Virus record (IMG/VR): IMGVR_UViG_3300032093_000042
Location: 1-64,000 of that record
Strand: one strand, 5' to 3'
Length of the DNA stretch: 64,000 bases
Source: a virus
Both the position numbers and the translations under genes were made by a program. Each line of letters begins with the position of its first letter. The stretch's first letter is position 1. Below the pieces are notes generated by a model. It saw only the letters and a list, made by a program, of their open reading frames with translations, was not told the DNA's origin and did no database searches. Below, piece after piece: positions 43,243-55,389 of this stretch.

Positions 43243-45135
43243 ATGCATACATTTATTTACTCATCTCAAGACACTTATATAAATAATTCCGAAAAATTTA
43301 TTAATAAAAATTTTGGATTGGATGAAGTGTTAGAAATATATGCTTCTAATAAAGGCACAACTACTGTATATACGGATCCAAATTGGCATCCGGCGCCTAT
43401 CACAGCTTCATCGTATGGTAATGAGGGTTGGTTAGCATATACTACATCTTCTTTTTGTATATATTCAGGAAGCAAATGGTACGCATTTAGTTTAAATTCA
43501 TCAATAATACCATTTACATCGTTTATATCTAACTTTAACGGCAGACTTTCAAATGTAACAACCAATCCTAAAAAGGAATTGTACATTACGGGATCGTCGA
43601 ATTTTGCATCGGGTTCTTTTAGCGGCAGTATTTATATAACTAGTTACTCACATTTTACAGGTTCTTGGTCAACCGGTAGTTTTTCGGGTTCAATTTTACA
43701 AGGGGCTACATTTTCTAATCTAAGATTAGGATCTACAATCTATACTATAAGTCCACTTACATCGTCGTTAAGTGGTACCGGTAGTTACAAAAATTTAAAA
43801 GGAGAAATACTCGGTAAATCAAATACAGGTATCCCATGTACTCCTGGATTTTATCAACCAGTAACTAATTTTACATCAGGATCTTTTACCGGTTCTTTTA
43901 GTGGATCTAATTTTAAAGGACTCGTACAAACACTTACATCAAGTAATTTGTATTATGTGGATGTTGTAAATTTTAAAGGTTATTTCAAAGGAATGTATAG
44001 TGGTTCTTTTACAAGACCATCCACAGCTACATATTTGAATTATCCAGAATTTTCCAGAACTCTTATTAAGTTTGACATTAACGATTTAAGTCAATCCATA
44101 TCTAATAACAAAATTAGCGGTTCAAACATTAAATTTACTTTAAACTTAAAATCATGTGGATCTAGAAATTTACCGTTAAATTATAAAATTTATGCTTATC
44201 CCGTAAGTCAGAGTTGGGATAACGGTAACGGTAGATATGCAGACGAGGGATCCCAATTGGGTGTTAGTTGGAATTATAAAAATTACGACGGCAACGGTTT
44301 GTGGTATGGATCCGAATCTACTAACGCTTATCAACAAGTTGATTATTTATTGTCTGCGTCATATTCTAGTGCTAGCTTTGAAAATCAAGGAGGTACTTGG
44401 TTTTATAAAGTACCACCTTCTTATACAAACAAACCTAAATGGATATGTTCTTCAAATACGTATCCGTCATTGGTAAATCAAAGTTTGATTTGTAGTCAAT
44501 CTTTTAATTATGGTCAACAAAGTGACATATCCATGGATATTACACGAATCGTTAGATCGTGGTTGTGTGGTTGTGTACCAAATCAAGGTTTAATATTGAT
44601 AAGTTCATTGGAATTATCTACACCACCTTTACAACAAACCAATGGGTTATTACAATTTTTTAGTAGAGATACAAATACTATTTATTCTCCTTATATTGAT
44701 GTAGCTTGGGATAATAGTGTTTATAATACGGGCAGTTTATCGCCTGTTACTGGATCTGTTCAAAATGTAATTACATTGAATTATTTAAAAGATACATATA
44801 AGGCGGGTAGTTTACCAAGAATATTTGTATTTGCTAGAGACAGATATCCATTGAAGAACTTTCAAAAATCATATCAACAAGTATCAATGGTAACTCCTAA
44901 ATATTTGCCCACAAGTTCTTACTATATGGTAAAAGATGCTGAATCCGAGGAGGTTTTAATTGGATTTGATGAATATACAAAATTAAGTTGTGATCCAAAT
45001 CAAGGTAATTATTTTGATTTACAAACCACAGGATTGCCTCAAGAACGTTATTTGAAAATATTTATTAAGACAGAATATACGGACGGTATAGTAGACATTA
45101 CGGACACACAAAAGGTATTTAAAATAATAAGATAA
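43243..45135 (+). CDS. virion structural protein (DNRLRE-like)
   Basis: SQDTYI...NFGLDEVLEI, SRTLIKFD, VSQSWDNGNG, FFSRDTNTIYSP. Confidence 0.7.
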   Translation: MHTFIYSSQDTYINNSEKFINKNFGLDEVLEIYASNKGTTTVYTDPNWHPAPITASSYGNEGWLAYTTSSFCIYSGSKWYAFSLNSSIIPFTSFISNFNGRLSNVTTNPKKELYITGSSNFASGSFSGSIYITSYSHFTGSWSTGSFSGSILQGATFSNLRLGSTIYTISPLTSSLSGTGSYKNLKGEILGKSNTGIPCTPGFYQPVTNFTSGSFTGSFSGSNFKGLVQTLTSSNLYYVDVVNFKGYFKGMYSGSFTRPSTATYLNYPEFSRTLIKFDINDLSQSISNNKISGSNIKFTLNLKSCGSRNLPLNYKIYAYPVSQSWDNGNGRYADEGSQLGVSWNYKNYDGNGLWYGSESTNAYQQVDYLLSASYSSASFENQGGTWFYKVPPSYTNKPKWICSSNTYPSLVNQSLICSQSFNYGQQSDISMDITRIVRSWLCGCVPNQGLILISSLELSTPPLQQTNGLLQFFSRDTNTIYSPYIDVAWDNSVYNTGSLSPVTGSVQNVITLNYLKDTYKAGSLPRIFVFARDRYPLKNFQKSYQQVSMVTPKYLPTSSYYMVKDAESEEVLIGFDEYTKLSCDPNQGNYFDLQTTGLPQERYLKIFIKTEYTDGIVDITDTQKVFKIIR

Positions 45136-45136
45136 T

Positions 45137-45613
45137 ATGGCAAACATTCCATTAAATTACGATGTTGCTACCGACGAAGTTTCACAATTTAAAGAATTTG
45201 GAACATTTAATAATAATGTGGATTCGTTTGGAAATATACAATTGGTTTATTTAGTAGCACAATCCGTACAAGCTAATTTAAATTATGTAAAAATTCCACT
45301 CAAAAAGTTTGAGTATAATCAGAATAAAATAATTGACGCAAATACTGTAAGTTTTTCTGAATTAACCACTGTTGTAGGAGAGGAAAAGAGAAATGTAGAT
45401 GAAATATTACAACAATATAATGTACTTTTAGAAGAAAACAGATTGTTAAATCAAACAGTCAATGAACTTGTTGAAAAATATGAAAATAGCGATGATAAAT
45501 CGGTTATAAATGCTTTAAAAAATACAATAATAGATTTAAGAATAAAATTAGGTCAGGGAAATGTGCCTTCGGATTTTAGTGACGATTTTCCATTTTTACC
45601 TTTAATTTCATAA
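45137..45613 (+). CDS. hypothetical structural-cluster protein
   Basis: coiled coil; co-operonic. Confidence 0.65.
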   Translation: MANIPLNYDVATDEVSQFKEFGTFNNNVDSFGNIQLVYLVAQSVQANLNYVKIPLKKFEYNQNKIIDANTVSFSELTTVVGEEKRNVDEILQQYNVLLEENRLLNQTVNELVEKYENSDDKSVINALKNTIIDLRIKLGQGNVPSDFSDDFPFLPLIS

Positions 45614-45614
45614 T

Positions 45615-48600
45615 ATGCCTTACGATTATTTAACAATAAACACCAATGATCTTTCGTATGGAATAGTAAGTGCATCTTACTTGCCAGAAAATTTGCAATC
45701 TTTATATGAACAAAAATTAGTAAATGATTCTGCTTTTTTTGGCGATTCAGGCGACGACATCATAGAATTTACAGTTTACAATAACAATCAAGAACCACTT
45801 CTATTTAATAGAATTGTTCCTAAAGTTACTTATAGTGTTATAAATTCAACATATAAAGACATAAACAATGTTGAACAATCTTATCAAGTTGCAAATCCAT
45901 TTACAAATTATGCTTTAAATAATAACGACCTGTTATTACATACGCAATTTGATTTAAAAATTAACGAACTTAGTCCCGGATTATATTATGTTTTATATAA
46001 TCCTATACGGAATATAGCTGGAAATTCTACAAATAAACTGTTTATAAAAGAAATCTCTCCTAGCAGAACTGAATTGAGATTGTCTTTTGCGTTTAATAGA
46101 AATACAAATTTAACTTCTAATTTAGACGCTATTAAAATTTCAGCATTTGCTGAGAAAAAGTTTTTGTTTTTACAAATAATCGATCAAATTGTACCGATAA
46201 TAGATACGAACCCAATTTTTAATAATTTTAATATTGAACAAAATAATTTTAATTACTATAAAATTACACAATTACTCGGTTTTAAAACAACGGCGGAATT
46301 ACAATCTTTTATTAATGATACGTATGTCGGTTATAATAAAATATTAAATCTATCAAACGAAGACGACGTAGTAATTGAAAGTATAAAATTTACAGGTGTG
46401 TCTGAACAACTTAAGAATTTTGTTTACACATATAATTTGTCCGAATTTACATTTAATGAAATATTGTCTGCATTTGAACTTATTGTTAGAAAAGTGTGCC
46501 AAGACGCAATTTTACAAAGAACGACTTTATTAAATACAGATTTACAAGAAACATTAAACGTATTTTTAAAAATTATTTATACAGATTGGTTGTTGCCAAA
46601 AACAAGCAATCTTTTAGAAAAATACACCAATAAATTTTACGATTATTATAAAAACGCTTTAAATTTTGATAATGGAAATTTAGTTAAAATTTTAACACAT
46701 ACGAGTTATTTTAACGAAGTTGACGGCGTTGCAAATATTCAAATAAAATTGGATGAACCTTTGCCGCTTGAATATAGTTTAAAAGATACATGTTGGATTT
46801 CAAACATTTCATTATCTCCGTTATACTTTAAAACAAATTTATATACAGCGCCGATATCTAGAAAAGTATTTTTGAACGGTACAAATTTTACGGTTGGAGT
46901 ACCAAAAGTAACTCTTGCAAGTGAAACGTTTACGGAAGTGGACGATAATACCGTATTTTCGGCTGAATCTAAATTAAAAACAAAGGTCAATGATTTATTA
47001 ATCAATTATGACGATTTTTCAAATTTCATTAATTTTTCATCTGCCGAATTAAGAACAAAAATTGCAAAAAATAAGATTTTAAAGTATAATTCATATGTTG
47101 ATTCAGCCAACAGTATCAAATCCAACGCAAATAACACTTCAAACTCATCTATATCTGCGTCGTATAATCAAGAATTAAAAACTGTAACTGAACAACAGAT
47201 ATCTTTATTAAATAGTTTTGATGACTATGAATCATATTTGTTTTATTATACAGGAAGTATAGACGATAAAATTGATTTGGGTATAGAATTTGATAAAGTT
47301 AATTATAACAGTTTATTTTATCAACTTCCACAATACATAAAAAATCAACAATCATATGAAGATTATGTTAAGTTTACTGCGATGGTAGGTCATTTTTTTG
47401 ATAATATATTGGTTTTTATTAAAAAATTTCCAAAATCATATCCTCTTGATTACAACGATAATAATCATTATCCAAAAAATTATATTGAAGAACTGTTAAA
47501 TTCGTTTAATTGGGACGTAACAAATTTTAAATTTAATACCAGTGATATAAATCAACTTTTATTTAATAATCAAGAAACAACTGGTAGTTTATCGTCATCA
47601 TACTTTGACTATGCAAAATCTATATTTAATAGAATTGCTAATAATTTAAATTACATTTACAAAACCAAAGGTACAGCCACTTCTTTTAATTTAATACGTA
47701 CTATATTCGGTATAAATTCAGATTTAATTAATGTAACGGAATATAGTAGTCCTGATGTATTAGCTAATAAAAATGTATTTTATGATTTTGATGACGTTAT
47801 ATACGCTACAAAATACGACACAGATCAATATGTAAAATTTAATTTTACAAGTAGTGAGTATACTTACAATTTTAAACAAGACAGTATTAGTGGCAGTTAC
47901 ACAGGAAGTTATACAGGCGATAATATTTATATAACCCGTTCTTTTATAGAAAATTTTACAGGAGTTTCCACCGTAGAAATGTCTTTTAGGTCCAATAATT
48001 GGAAAAAATATAATTTTCAACAAAGAATTCCTTTAATTAAAAAAATAAGAAATAAAAATGTAGATTGGCAAATTTATTTAAGTAAAACTAAACAAAAAGA
48101 ATCTGCCAAATTAATATTTGAGTTTACTCCTATTGAATCATTAACTACATCCAGTATATCAAGTATAGAATTACCTTATTTGAATGGCGACTTTTATACG
48201 TTTATGTTAAGAAAAGAACCAAATAGTAATATACGATTTGATTCTCTTCAATCAACATCTTCAAATACACAAGTTATAGGTTTTTATGGAAATTATAATG
48301 TTACTCAATCAATTAACAATGTATATTATCCAAATTCAAACAAATTTACGCCACAAAATTATACATTGGCGGTAAATCAGTATTATGGTAGTTCTTTAAA
48401 CTTTACCGATAGAAAAACCAAGAGCATTTTATATGGACAAGATCAATATTTTTCATCAGGAAGCTATTATGTAGGAAATTATTCATCATCCATTCAATTT
48501 TATGGAAATATAGATAAAATAAAAATACAAAAATATGCGTTGAACGATTCCGATTTTAATGAACATTCTTATAACTTAAATTCTATTTCTATACCGGATA

Positions 48601-50111
48601 AATCTCAGACATATGAAAATTTATATTATTTATGGTCGTTTGATACACCTGTAAATTTGTACGGTACAAGTTATGCAATTGTTAACAATCAAAATACACG
48701 TTACAACAACTATTTTTACGCTTATAATTTTAACAGAAATACAAAAACTAGAGGATATCCACATTGTGATACAATCTCAACTGATATTTTTCCTTATCAG
48801 TTTGAAAAATTTAATATTAAACAAGCAATAAATTCAAATAAATACGGCCCTAATTATAAAGCAAATGCTAATATTAATAAAATAACACAAGAAATCAATT
48901 CAAATTTAGTACCATACGAATATTCTACATATACAACCGATATATTAGGTAGCGATTCAAATCTCGTAGGATATTATATCTCTCCATATAACTATTTAAA
49001 CAATAAAATTGAAGACTTTTTGGGCAAAGAAGGTATAAGTGATATTATCGGCGATCCTAAATATTTAACTTCTAGAAGTTATCCAGAATTAAAGAACAGA
49101 CAACTTGAATTTTCACAAACAAATCAAAAGTATGTATATCCACAAGAGTTTTATACAACTTATAAATTTTATATTGATTTTTCAATATTTGACTTTGTTA
49201 AAAAAATAAATCCTACACGCAGTGCGTTAAAAACAGGTCTATTATTAGAACCATCAATTTTCGAACGTGTTAAATTTAATTACAAAGACGTTGTATTTAA
49301 TACAATTGATTCAAACGATACAAGTAGTTTATTATATTACAATATAAATACTAGATTTACGTCGTCATTAATAAACACAAATGATACATCAAGTAATACC
49401 ACAATTGATATTAATCTAAATTATCTTCAAACTGACCACAATACCTTTAATTATTCAACGTTTGAAATAAAAGACATCGTCGATAATCGTGATTTTATTT
49501 TTGCTAACAAAGGAAAGTATGTTTATGTAGATACAACTGGATTTAACATTAGAAATGTTGTTAATTTGCCCACTGAAGATCATTATCAAATGACCAATAA
49601 TGTTTCACACTCATATATTACATTCACTTCTAGTTATAATTCAGTACAAACTCTAGGATCTGGTTCTGGTTTACCGTTTAATCAAATCACAGGCAGTCGT
49701 TCATTAAAAAATCTTTATAGTGGATCTTTGGGGAGTGGATATTCAAATAGACATTTGAGTAAGTTTGTAAAAGTTGGTACGAGGGTCAAAAAACAAGCTT
49801 TGTCTGGCTCTTTTTATACAAATAATAACGGCGTAACTACTTTAGTAGCTGGAAAAATAAAATACTATTCTTATACAAAAGGTAAAAATGATTATACTAC
49901 AACTGTAAATCGTAAAGGATTGCCTAACGGAAGTTCTCCTATTATTTCAATACCTGGATTTTTAAGCGTTGATATTGAAAGTGATAATTTTCCAATATAT
50001 GGAACACTCACCGGATCGGCAGGATCGCCAAATAGTATATTTATACAGTCGCCGTTAACGTGTTCTACGTGTACGAGCGCTAGTTTGAATAATTACATTA
50101 TGAATTTATAA
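45615..50111 (+). CDS. large baseplate/tail structural protein
   Basis: IKEISPSRTELRL, FSNFINFSSAE, MVGHFFDNI, NLNYIYKTKGT. Confidence 0.75.
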   Translation: MPYDYLTINTNDLSYGIVSASYLPENLQSLYEQKLVNDSAFFGDSGDDIIEFTVYNNNQEPLLFNRIVPKVTYSVINSTYKDINNVEQSYQVANPFTNYALNNNDLLLHTQFDLKINELSPGLYYVLYNPIRNIAGNSTNKLFIKEISPSRTELRLSFAFNRNTNLTSNLDAIKISAFAEKKFLFLQIIDQIVPIIDTNPIFNNFNIEQNNFNYYKITQLLGFKTTAELQSFINDTYVGYNKILNLSNEDDVVIESIKFTGVSEQLKNFVYTYNLSEFTFNEILSAFELIVRKVCQDAILQRTTLLNTDLQETLNVFLKIIYTDWLLPKTSNLLEKYTNKFYDYYKNALNFDNGNLVKILTHTSYFNEVDGVANIQIKLDEPLPLEYSLKDTCWISNISLSPLYFKTNLYTAPISRKVFLNGTNFTVGVPKVTLASETFTEVDDNTVFSAESKLKTKVNDLLINYDDFSNFINFSSAELRTKIAKNKILKYNSYVDSANSIKSNANNTSNSSISASYNQELKTVTEQQISLLNSFDDYESYLFYYTGSIDDKIDLGIEFDKVNYNSLFYQLPQYIKNQQSYEDYVKFTAMVGHFFDNILVFIKKFPKSYPLDYNDNNHYPKNYIEELLNSFNWDVTNFKFNTSDINQLLFNNQETTGSLSSSYFDYAKSIFNRIANNLNYIYKTKGTATSFNLIRTIFGINSDLINVTEYSSPDVLANKNVFYDFDDVIYATKYDTDQYVKFNFTSSEYTYNFKQDSISGSYTGSYTGDNIYITRSFIENFTGVSTVEMSFRSNNWKKYNFQQRIPLIKKIRNKNVDWQIYLSKTKQKESAKLIFEFTPIESLTTSSISSIELPYLNGDFYTFMLRKEPNSNIRFDSLQSTSSNTQVIGFYGNYNVTQSINNVYYPNSNKFTPQNYTLAVNQYYGSSLNFTDRKTKSILYGQDQYFSSGSYYVGNYSSSIQFYGNIDKIKIQKYALNDSDFNEHSYNLNSISIPDKSQTYENLYYLWSFDTPVNLYGTSYAIVNNQNTRYNNYFYAYNFNRNTKTRGYPHCDTISTDIFPYQFEKFNIKQAINSNKYGPNYKANANINKITQEINSNLVPYEYSTYTTDILGSDSNLVGYYISPYNYLNNKIEDFLGKEGISDIIGDPKYLTSRSYPELKNRQLEFSQTNQKYVYPQEFYTTYKFYIDFSIFDFVKKINPTRSALKTGLLLEPSIFERVKFNYKDVVFNTIDSNDTSSLLYYNINTRFTSSLINTNDTSSNTTIDINLNYLQTDHNTFNYSTFEIKDIVDNRDFIFANKGKYVYVDTTGFNIRNVVNLPTEDHYQMTNNVSHSYITFTSSYNSVQTLGSGSGLPFNQITGSRSLKNLYSGSLGSGYSNRHLSKFVKVGTRVKKQALSGSFYTNNNGVTTLVAGKIKYYSYTKGKNDYTTTVNRKGLPNGSSPIISIPGFLSVDIESDNFPIYGTLTGSAGSPNSIFIQSPLTCSTCTSASLNNYIMNL

Positions 50112-50160
50112 TACATTTTTTTATTAAAAACTCAAAACGATTGATAATTATTAAATATAT

Positions 50161-50799
50161 ATGGCATATCTAAATAACAACGTTCTCACCGTTAACGCTA
50201 TTTTAACTAAAAAAGGTCGTGAAGTGTTGGCAAAGACAGGTGGATTAAATATTACCGCTTTTGCTTTGTCTGACGATGAAATTGATTATACACAATTTAA
50301 TCCAACACATCCACTAGGCAGTGCTTATTATGACATTGCCATTCGTAATACTCCTATAATGGAACCTATTACGGATGAGTCACAAATGTTGAAGTATAAA
50401 CTAGTGACATTAAATAACGGCGTTACATCCGTTCCTACAATTACTATAGCACCACCAACAATTTCAATACCTCGTACATATACGTCGGCGATAGATGTAA
50501 TTCCAAGTACTACACCTACATATAACGTAAACTTAGGATATACCGCTATTTTAGCAAATAAGAACGTTGGTACTTTAGTTGTAACCGAAACTAACAATTT
50601 AAATAGTAGTACATCTACTATTCCAACATTTAGTGGCGATTTGTCTTCACAATCGTCACAAGTTGTTATAGGAAATAAGTTTCGTTTTATACCAAACAAT
50701 TCTTTATCAACAACAACAACAACAAATATTACAATTATTGGAAATGAAAGTGGCGGTAGTGCATCTATAACCGTTACTGTAAGCGTTCCTACAACCTAA
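50161..50799 (+). CDS. virion structural protein
   Basis: AILTKKGREVLA...ITAFALSDDEIDY. Confidence 0.75.
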   Translation: MAYLNNNVLTVNAILTKKGREVLAKTGGLNITAFALSDDEIDYTQFNPTHPLGSAYYDIAIRNTPIMEPITDESQMLKYKLVTLNNGVTSVPTITIAPPTISIPRTYTSAIDVIPSTTPTYNVNLGYTAILANKNVGTLVVTETNNLNSSTSTIPTFSGDLSSQSSQVVIGNKFRFIPNNSLSTTTTTNITIIGNESGGSASITVTVSVPTT

Positions 50800-50805
50800 T
50801 TTATT

Positions 50806-51915
50806 ATGATATTTACTCCATTTTCATCAGACGATATCGTAACAGGCAGAATAAACCAAGTATCCTCGGGTATGTTTGGTACCGGCAGTTTAACGGTGGC
50901 ACAATCAACATTTGTAACAGCATCATCTCAAGCAAACGTATTGACTGGATCAAATCCATATGACGTTAAAAACGGACAGTATTATTTGGATGTATATAGC
51001 GGCGCCGATCAATATTTTTCTATAGCTTACGGAGATTATTATAACTCAGGAAGCAGTCAATTTGACTGGACCGGCAATACTACTCAAGTCTTGACAAATG
51101 AAACAAAAATTATATACACACAATACAAAAACACTCTTCTACAACCAGGAGATAATTTATTTAGTTTTGCGTCTAGTAGTATAAATACACCAATTGATAG
51201 TTCTGCTATCTTTGTAGTAAATTTTACAGCCGATAAATTCCAAGATCAAGTAGATCCTGGTCAAATTCAATTAAACTTTAGTGGTGCAAATGGTCAATAT
51301 AGTTATATTGACGACTCTCAAGTTATAAATAAACAACAAAACGTTTATAACTTAATTTCGGGATCAATTATTAATGGAATTCCGACTCCATATACACATG
51401 GAGGTACGGTAACAGCATATTATCAGGGTACAGGTCTATTTTATCCAACGAACGGCGTTGTTATATTGAATGCCGTTGCTCTAGATAAAATTGTAGGCAT
51501 TACAGATGCATCTCCACAAATTACAGCAACTGGGCGTCCTAGTAATCAAACGTCAACACAATTTAAGAGTTATTGGAGAGATTGGATACGTAAGTTTTTC
51601 TTAAGTTTACGTAGATCAAATAAGAATATGGCAGTACGTAAAAGTGAATTTGTACCATCAACGAACTATTTTATAAGAGTTAAAAATAAAGAGTTTAACT
51701 ACAGCAACAATCCTACATTTGTTTCTAACGGAAATGATGGTAAAACTCAAGGTACTATAATTTATCCCGAATTAATAAGTAATCCACGTACCTATGTTAC
51801 TACAATCGGATTGTACGATTCTAACAATGAATTATTAGCAGTTGGTAAATTAAGTAAGCCAACGCAAAAATCATTTGATAATGAATTGTTAATCAAGTGT
51901 CGTATAGATTTTTAA
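50806..51915 (+). CDS. virion structural protein
   Basis: EFNYSNNPTF, TYVTTIGLYD..NELLAVGKLSKP. Confidence 0.75.
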   Translation: MIFTPFSSDDIVTGRINQVSSGMFGTGSLTVAQSTFVTASSQANVLTGSNPYDVKNGQYYLDVYSGADQYFSIAYGDYYNSGSSQFDWTGNTTQVLTNETKIIYTQYKNTLLQPGDNLFSFASSSINTPIDSSAIFVVNFTADKFQDQVDPGQIQLNFSGANGQYSYIDDSQVINKQQNVYNLISGSIINGIPTPYTHGGTVTAYYQGTGLFYPTNGVVILNAVALDKIVGITDASPQITATGRPSNQTSTQFKSYWRDWIRKFFLSLRRSNKNMAVRKSEFVPSTNYFIRVKNKEFNYSNNPTFVSNGNDGKTQGTIIYPELISNPRTYVTTIGLYDSNNELLAVGKLSKPTQKSFDNELLIKCRIDF

Positions 51916-51947
51916 TATAATTTTTAATTTTTCCTATTTATATTAGG

Positions 51948-52682
51948 ATGGTTAAATTTTTAAAAAATCAAGATATTCAGGTAACTACATTTGCGATTGC
52001 TAAAAATAAAATAGCTAATACCTTATTTTCCGATTTGTTATTAGCAAGCGATGGCACATATGATTTTCCGTTAATAATACCGGTTGAACAGTGTGTTTAT
52101 AATTTTAACACTTTAGCCACCGGTTCATTTGTTACCGTGGCGAGTTCATCGTGTGATGGTTCCACTATTAATACTAACGGATATTTAGCGTGTTCTCCCA
52201 ATTTAAACGAAAATAATCCAAATATGCAGTTTGGATTCAAACAGTCTGCCGATTCAGTTTTTTATCCAATTGGCACGCCAGAATATAATTCGGTAAATAA
52301 TCCTATAAATTCCGACGGTACATACCAAGTACAAGTATATAATACTATAAAAAATATGTATTATAATACTTACAATAATTCTTATCAGATATTCGGCTTT
52401 GATGGATTTAATAATTCCAACACTAAGTTGCAACTTGACGATAAGTTTATAAGTTATACTTTAAATGTTACACAAAGTGGAGATAGAATTAGACAAAAAA
52501 GTGTTGTTATTAATAATCAAACAGGAGATATAGTTGCCGATATTAAAGATGACGGTTTAAATAATTTATATTTGTCAGGTTCGTATTTTGTTAATAACTA
52601 TAATATATATTCAAATACAACCGATACTGTGACTAACACCGGTGAAAGTGGTTTGGGAAGATATTTGATAAACAATAACTAG
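51948..52682 (+). CDS. virion structural protein
   Basis: context; IKDDGLNNL motif. Confidence 0.65.
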   Translation: MVKFLKNQDIQVTTFAIAKNKIANTLFSDLLLASDGTYDFPLIIPVEQCVYNFNTLATGSFVTVASSSCDGSTINTNGYLACSPNLNENNPNMQFGFKQSADSVFYPIGTPEYNSVNNPINSDGTYQVQVYNTIKNMYYNTYNNSYQIFGFDGFNNSNTKLQLDDKFISYTLNVTQSGDRIRQKSVVINNQTGDIVADIKDDGLNNLYLSGSYFVNNYNIYSNTTDTVTNTGESGLGRYLINNN

Positions 52683-52703
52683 TTACAATTATATTTATAG
52701 TTA

Positions 52704-55358
52704 ATGGCGAATTTAGACACAATTTATAATGAAAATTATGGTTCAACCGTAGTAACCAACGGTGATTTTATTGCTATAGGCAATCCACCGTGGAAAAAAT
52801 ACTCACAATGTGAGGGATTTTCAAGAATAGGTCAAGTATTTTTAATTAAAAATGATCGGTTTAATTCAAAATATCCTGTTATCAAAACGTATACAAAAAA
52901 GTTTTCTACTGAAAATGGTTATTTACCTACATATTATACTGAACAGAGTAGTAGTACATCATTTACAGCATCGTTTACAAAAGATGACGGTTACTACAAC
53001 GATACATCCACATCATGTAGTTATTTAGTAATTGAAGATGATAATATACACACATATCAGTCAAATTACGGATCTTCAATTGACATGTGTGATTATTTCT
53101 TAGCGATAGGAGATACAGGTGTAACAGCTAGTTTTTATACAGGTTATACATCTTCGTTTGCTTCCGTAGATATTTATGTAATTAATTCTAATTATACATA
53201 CGACACATCTAACGGCATAATGTCTTCGTTTAATGATTGTGACTCGGAATCAAATAGTCAGTTAGACAATAGTCCGGTTTGTGTAATAACTGGATCTATA
53301 TCCGAACATTTCGGTAAAACCGTAAGTATTACTAATAATTATCTAGCGGTTGGTGCACCTAATTACAATTCAGGAAGAGGCTGTGTTTATATATACAAAT
53401 ATGTAGACTCAGAATGTATATATCAACTGCAATCTACGGTGTCGTGTAGTTTAACTACATATCCATTACAATATAATTTCGGCAGTTCTATATGCTTAGA
53501 TAAAGCTACAGAAACTACACTGGTAGTAGGTAGTAATCAACTTTCACAATCAAACGTTTATATATTTATATCATCTTCAAATGGTTGGCAACTAAAACAA
53601 ACGTTAAGTCAAAATACGAGTTCTAACTATTATAAATTAAACGACGCAAACTTTGATTTTGTTGCGAGTGGCAGTCAGATAAATTCTAGATATGGATATT
53701 CGGTATCAATACACAAAAATTTACTAGCCGTAGGTGCACCAAATGATTTGATTTATTGGGAATATTCTGGATCAAATGTATTAAGACAACGTGGATCCGT
53801 TTATTTGTATACCGATGATATTTGTAACAATTCGGAAATAAGTGGTAATTTATTAGTAAACTATACGTTGTTAACGAAAGTATACGGAGACTCATCCACA
53901 TTTAAAGATAATTTATTTGGATTTTCAGTATCCACACATAATAATAAAGTTTTGATCGGATCGCCAAAACCATATTTTCCATTTAGTTCTATTTTTATTT
54001 CAAGTTCCATAGATTTTTATGATAATACATTCGATCAAACCGATTTCGGAGAATCTACGTATTGTGGCCAAACTTTATTATATTATGTAACTAATTCCAA
54101 CGTAGTACAACTGACTACAACTCCTATTTCAAAGCGAAAAGAATTAGGCAAACCGTACAATGCATTCGGATATTCTGTATCTGTGTCAGACGACAATTTA
54201 GTTATAGGAGCTCCCATACCACTTAACGACGATTTTCATCTACAAAGTTTGATAATAACCGAATCAGGCAGCGCTTCTCAACCACTTTATAAATTAACAT
54301 CGTCTTATCAAAGTGAAGACTGTTATATAACTTCTAGTTTTGTTTTAAATCAACTCGAAGAATGTATTAGTTGTGATTTTGGCGGTCCTATTAGTGGCGC
54401 TATTAGTGGCGCTATTGGTGGTGTATGTGACAATCTGATTATATTTGTTAACGAAGACGGAGATACTCAATACGTATCAAGTCAAATATTCGGCATGTCT
54501 TACATCTATGACATGAAAGATTTACAAAAAAATCATCACGTTGGTAATGTGTTTTACAATAATAATAAAATTGTTATTAATAATACAGGTAGTATATTAA
54601 AGAATTTGACACTTGATCCCACCGATTTTAACAATTCATATTTGTATATGGATTATCAAAGTCAAATGTCTCTACATGAAAAACAGTATATATGTACAAT
54701 TGAACCCGGCGAATTTAACGTTTCAACAAATCCATCTGCAATAACATCTTCATACTTTGAATATGATATACTGAATAAAAACGTGTTTGATTTTAATAAT
54801 CTTGATATTATAATGAGATATCTAAATTATAGAATTACAAATAATTCTTCGGAGAAATGGTGGTTAAATTTTGTGAGCGGTGATGTAGATGAATCCGTGT
54901 TTAATTATTACACATCTTCATTTACGAATTACGACGATAATCGTCTAACACAAACAATAAAAGATAAGTTCTGTGACGTCGATTTAGATATTAACAACGA
55001 TGGTGTTACAAATAATCAAGACGCAGAAATATTATGGAAATATTTTATAAATGATTTGACAATAAATAATTATCAGAATTATTTAAATCCACGAGCAAAA
55101 CGTACAAATTATGATAATATTGTTGGATTTTTAAATGAAAAAACGGGAAAATTTAATACAAAACTAATTAAACAAGAATTTTTTAATTTTAATTATAGTT
55201 CTTCAATTGATATAACAGGTTCATATCTAGCCCCATATATTACAACGGTTGGTTTATACAGCGATCAAGGAGAATTGGTCGCGGTTGCTAAATTAGCTCA
55301 ACCAATTAAAAATACAAGTGAAATTCCAATTAATATTGTTGTTAAATGGGATACTTAA
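52704..55358 (+). CDS. virion protein with FG-GAP beta-propeller repeats and a dockerin/EF-hand-like motif
   Basis: repeated FG.SVS....LAVGAP; DINNDGVTNNQDAEILWKY; C-terminal PYITTVGLY...LVAVAKLAQP shared with 50806-51915. Confidence 0.75.
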   Translation: MANLDTIYNENYGSTVVTNGDFIAIGNPPWKKYSQCEGFSRIGQVFLIKNDRFNSKYPVIKTYTKKFSTENGYLPTYYTEQSSSTSFTASFTKDDGYYNDTSTSCSYLVIEDDNIHTYQSNYGSSIDMCDYFLAIGDTGVTASFYTGYTSSFASVDIYVINSNYTYDTSNGIMSSFNDCDSESNSQLDNSPVCVITGSISEHFGKTVSITNNYLAVGAPNYNSGRGCVYIYKYVDSECIYQLQSTVSCSLTTYPLQYNFGSSICLDKATETTLVVGSNQLSQSNVYIFISSSNGWQLKQTLSQNTSSNYYKLNDANFDFVASGSQINSRYGYSVSIHKNLLAVGAPNDLIYWEYSGSNVLRQRGSVYLYTDDICNNSEISGNLLVNYTLLTKVYGDSSTFKDNLFGFSVSTHNNKVLIGSPKPYFPFSSIFISSSIDFYDNTFDQTDFGESTYCGQTLLYYVTNSNVVQLTTTPISKRKELGKPYNAFGYSVSVSDDNLVIGAPIPLNDDFHLQSLIITESGSASQPLYKLTSSYQSEDCYITSSFVLNQLEECISCDFGGPISGAISGAIGGVCDNLIIFVNEDGDTQYVSSQIFGMSYIYDMKDLQKNHHVGNVFYNNNKIVINNTGSILKNLTLDPTDFNNSYLYMDYQSQMSLHEKQYICTIEPGEFNVSTNPSAITSSYFEYDILNKNVFDFNNLDIIMRYLNYRITNNSSEKWWLNFVSGDVDESVFNYYTSSFTNYDDNRLTQTIKDKFCDVDLDINNDGVTNNQDAEILWKYFINDLTINNYQNYLNPRAKRTNYDNIVGFLNEKTGKFNTKLIKQEFFNFNYSSSIDITGSYLAPYITTVGLYSDQGELVAVAKLAQPIKNTSEIPINIVVKWDT

Positions 55359-55389
55359 TTATATTTATTATATATAACACAATAAAAAT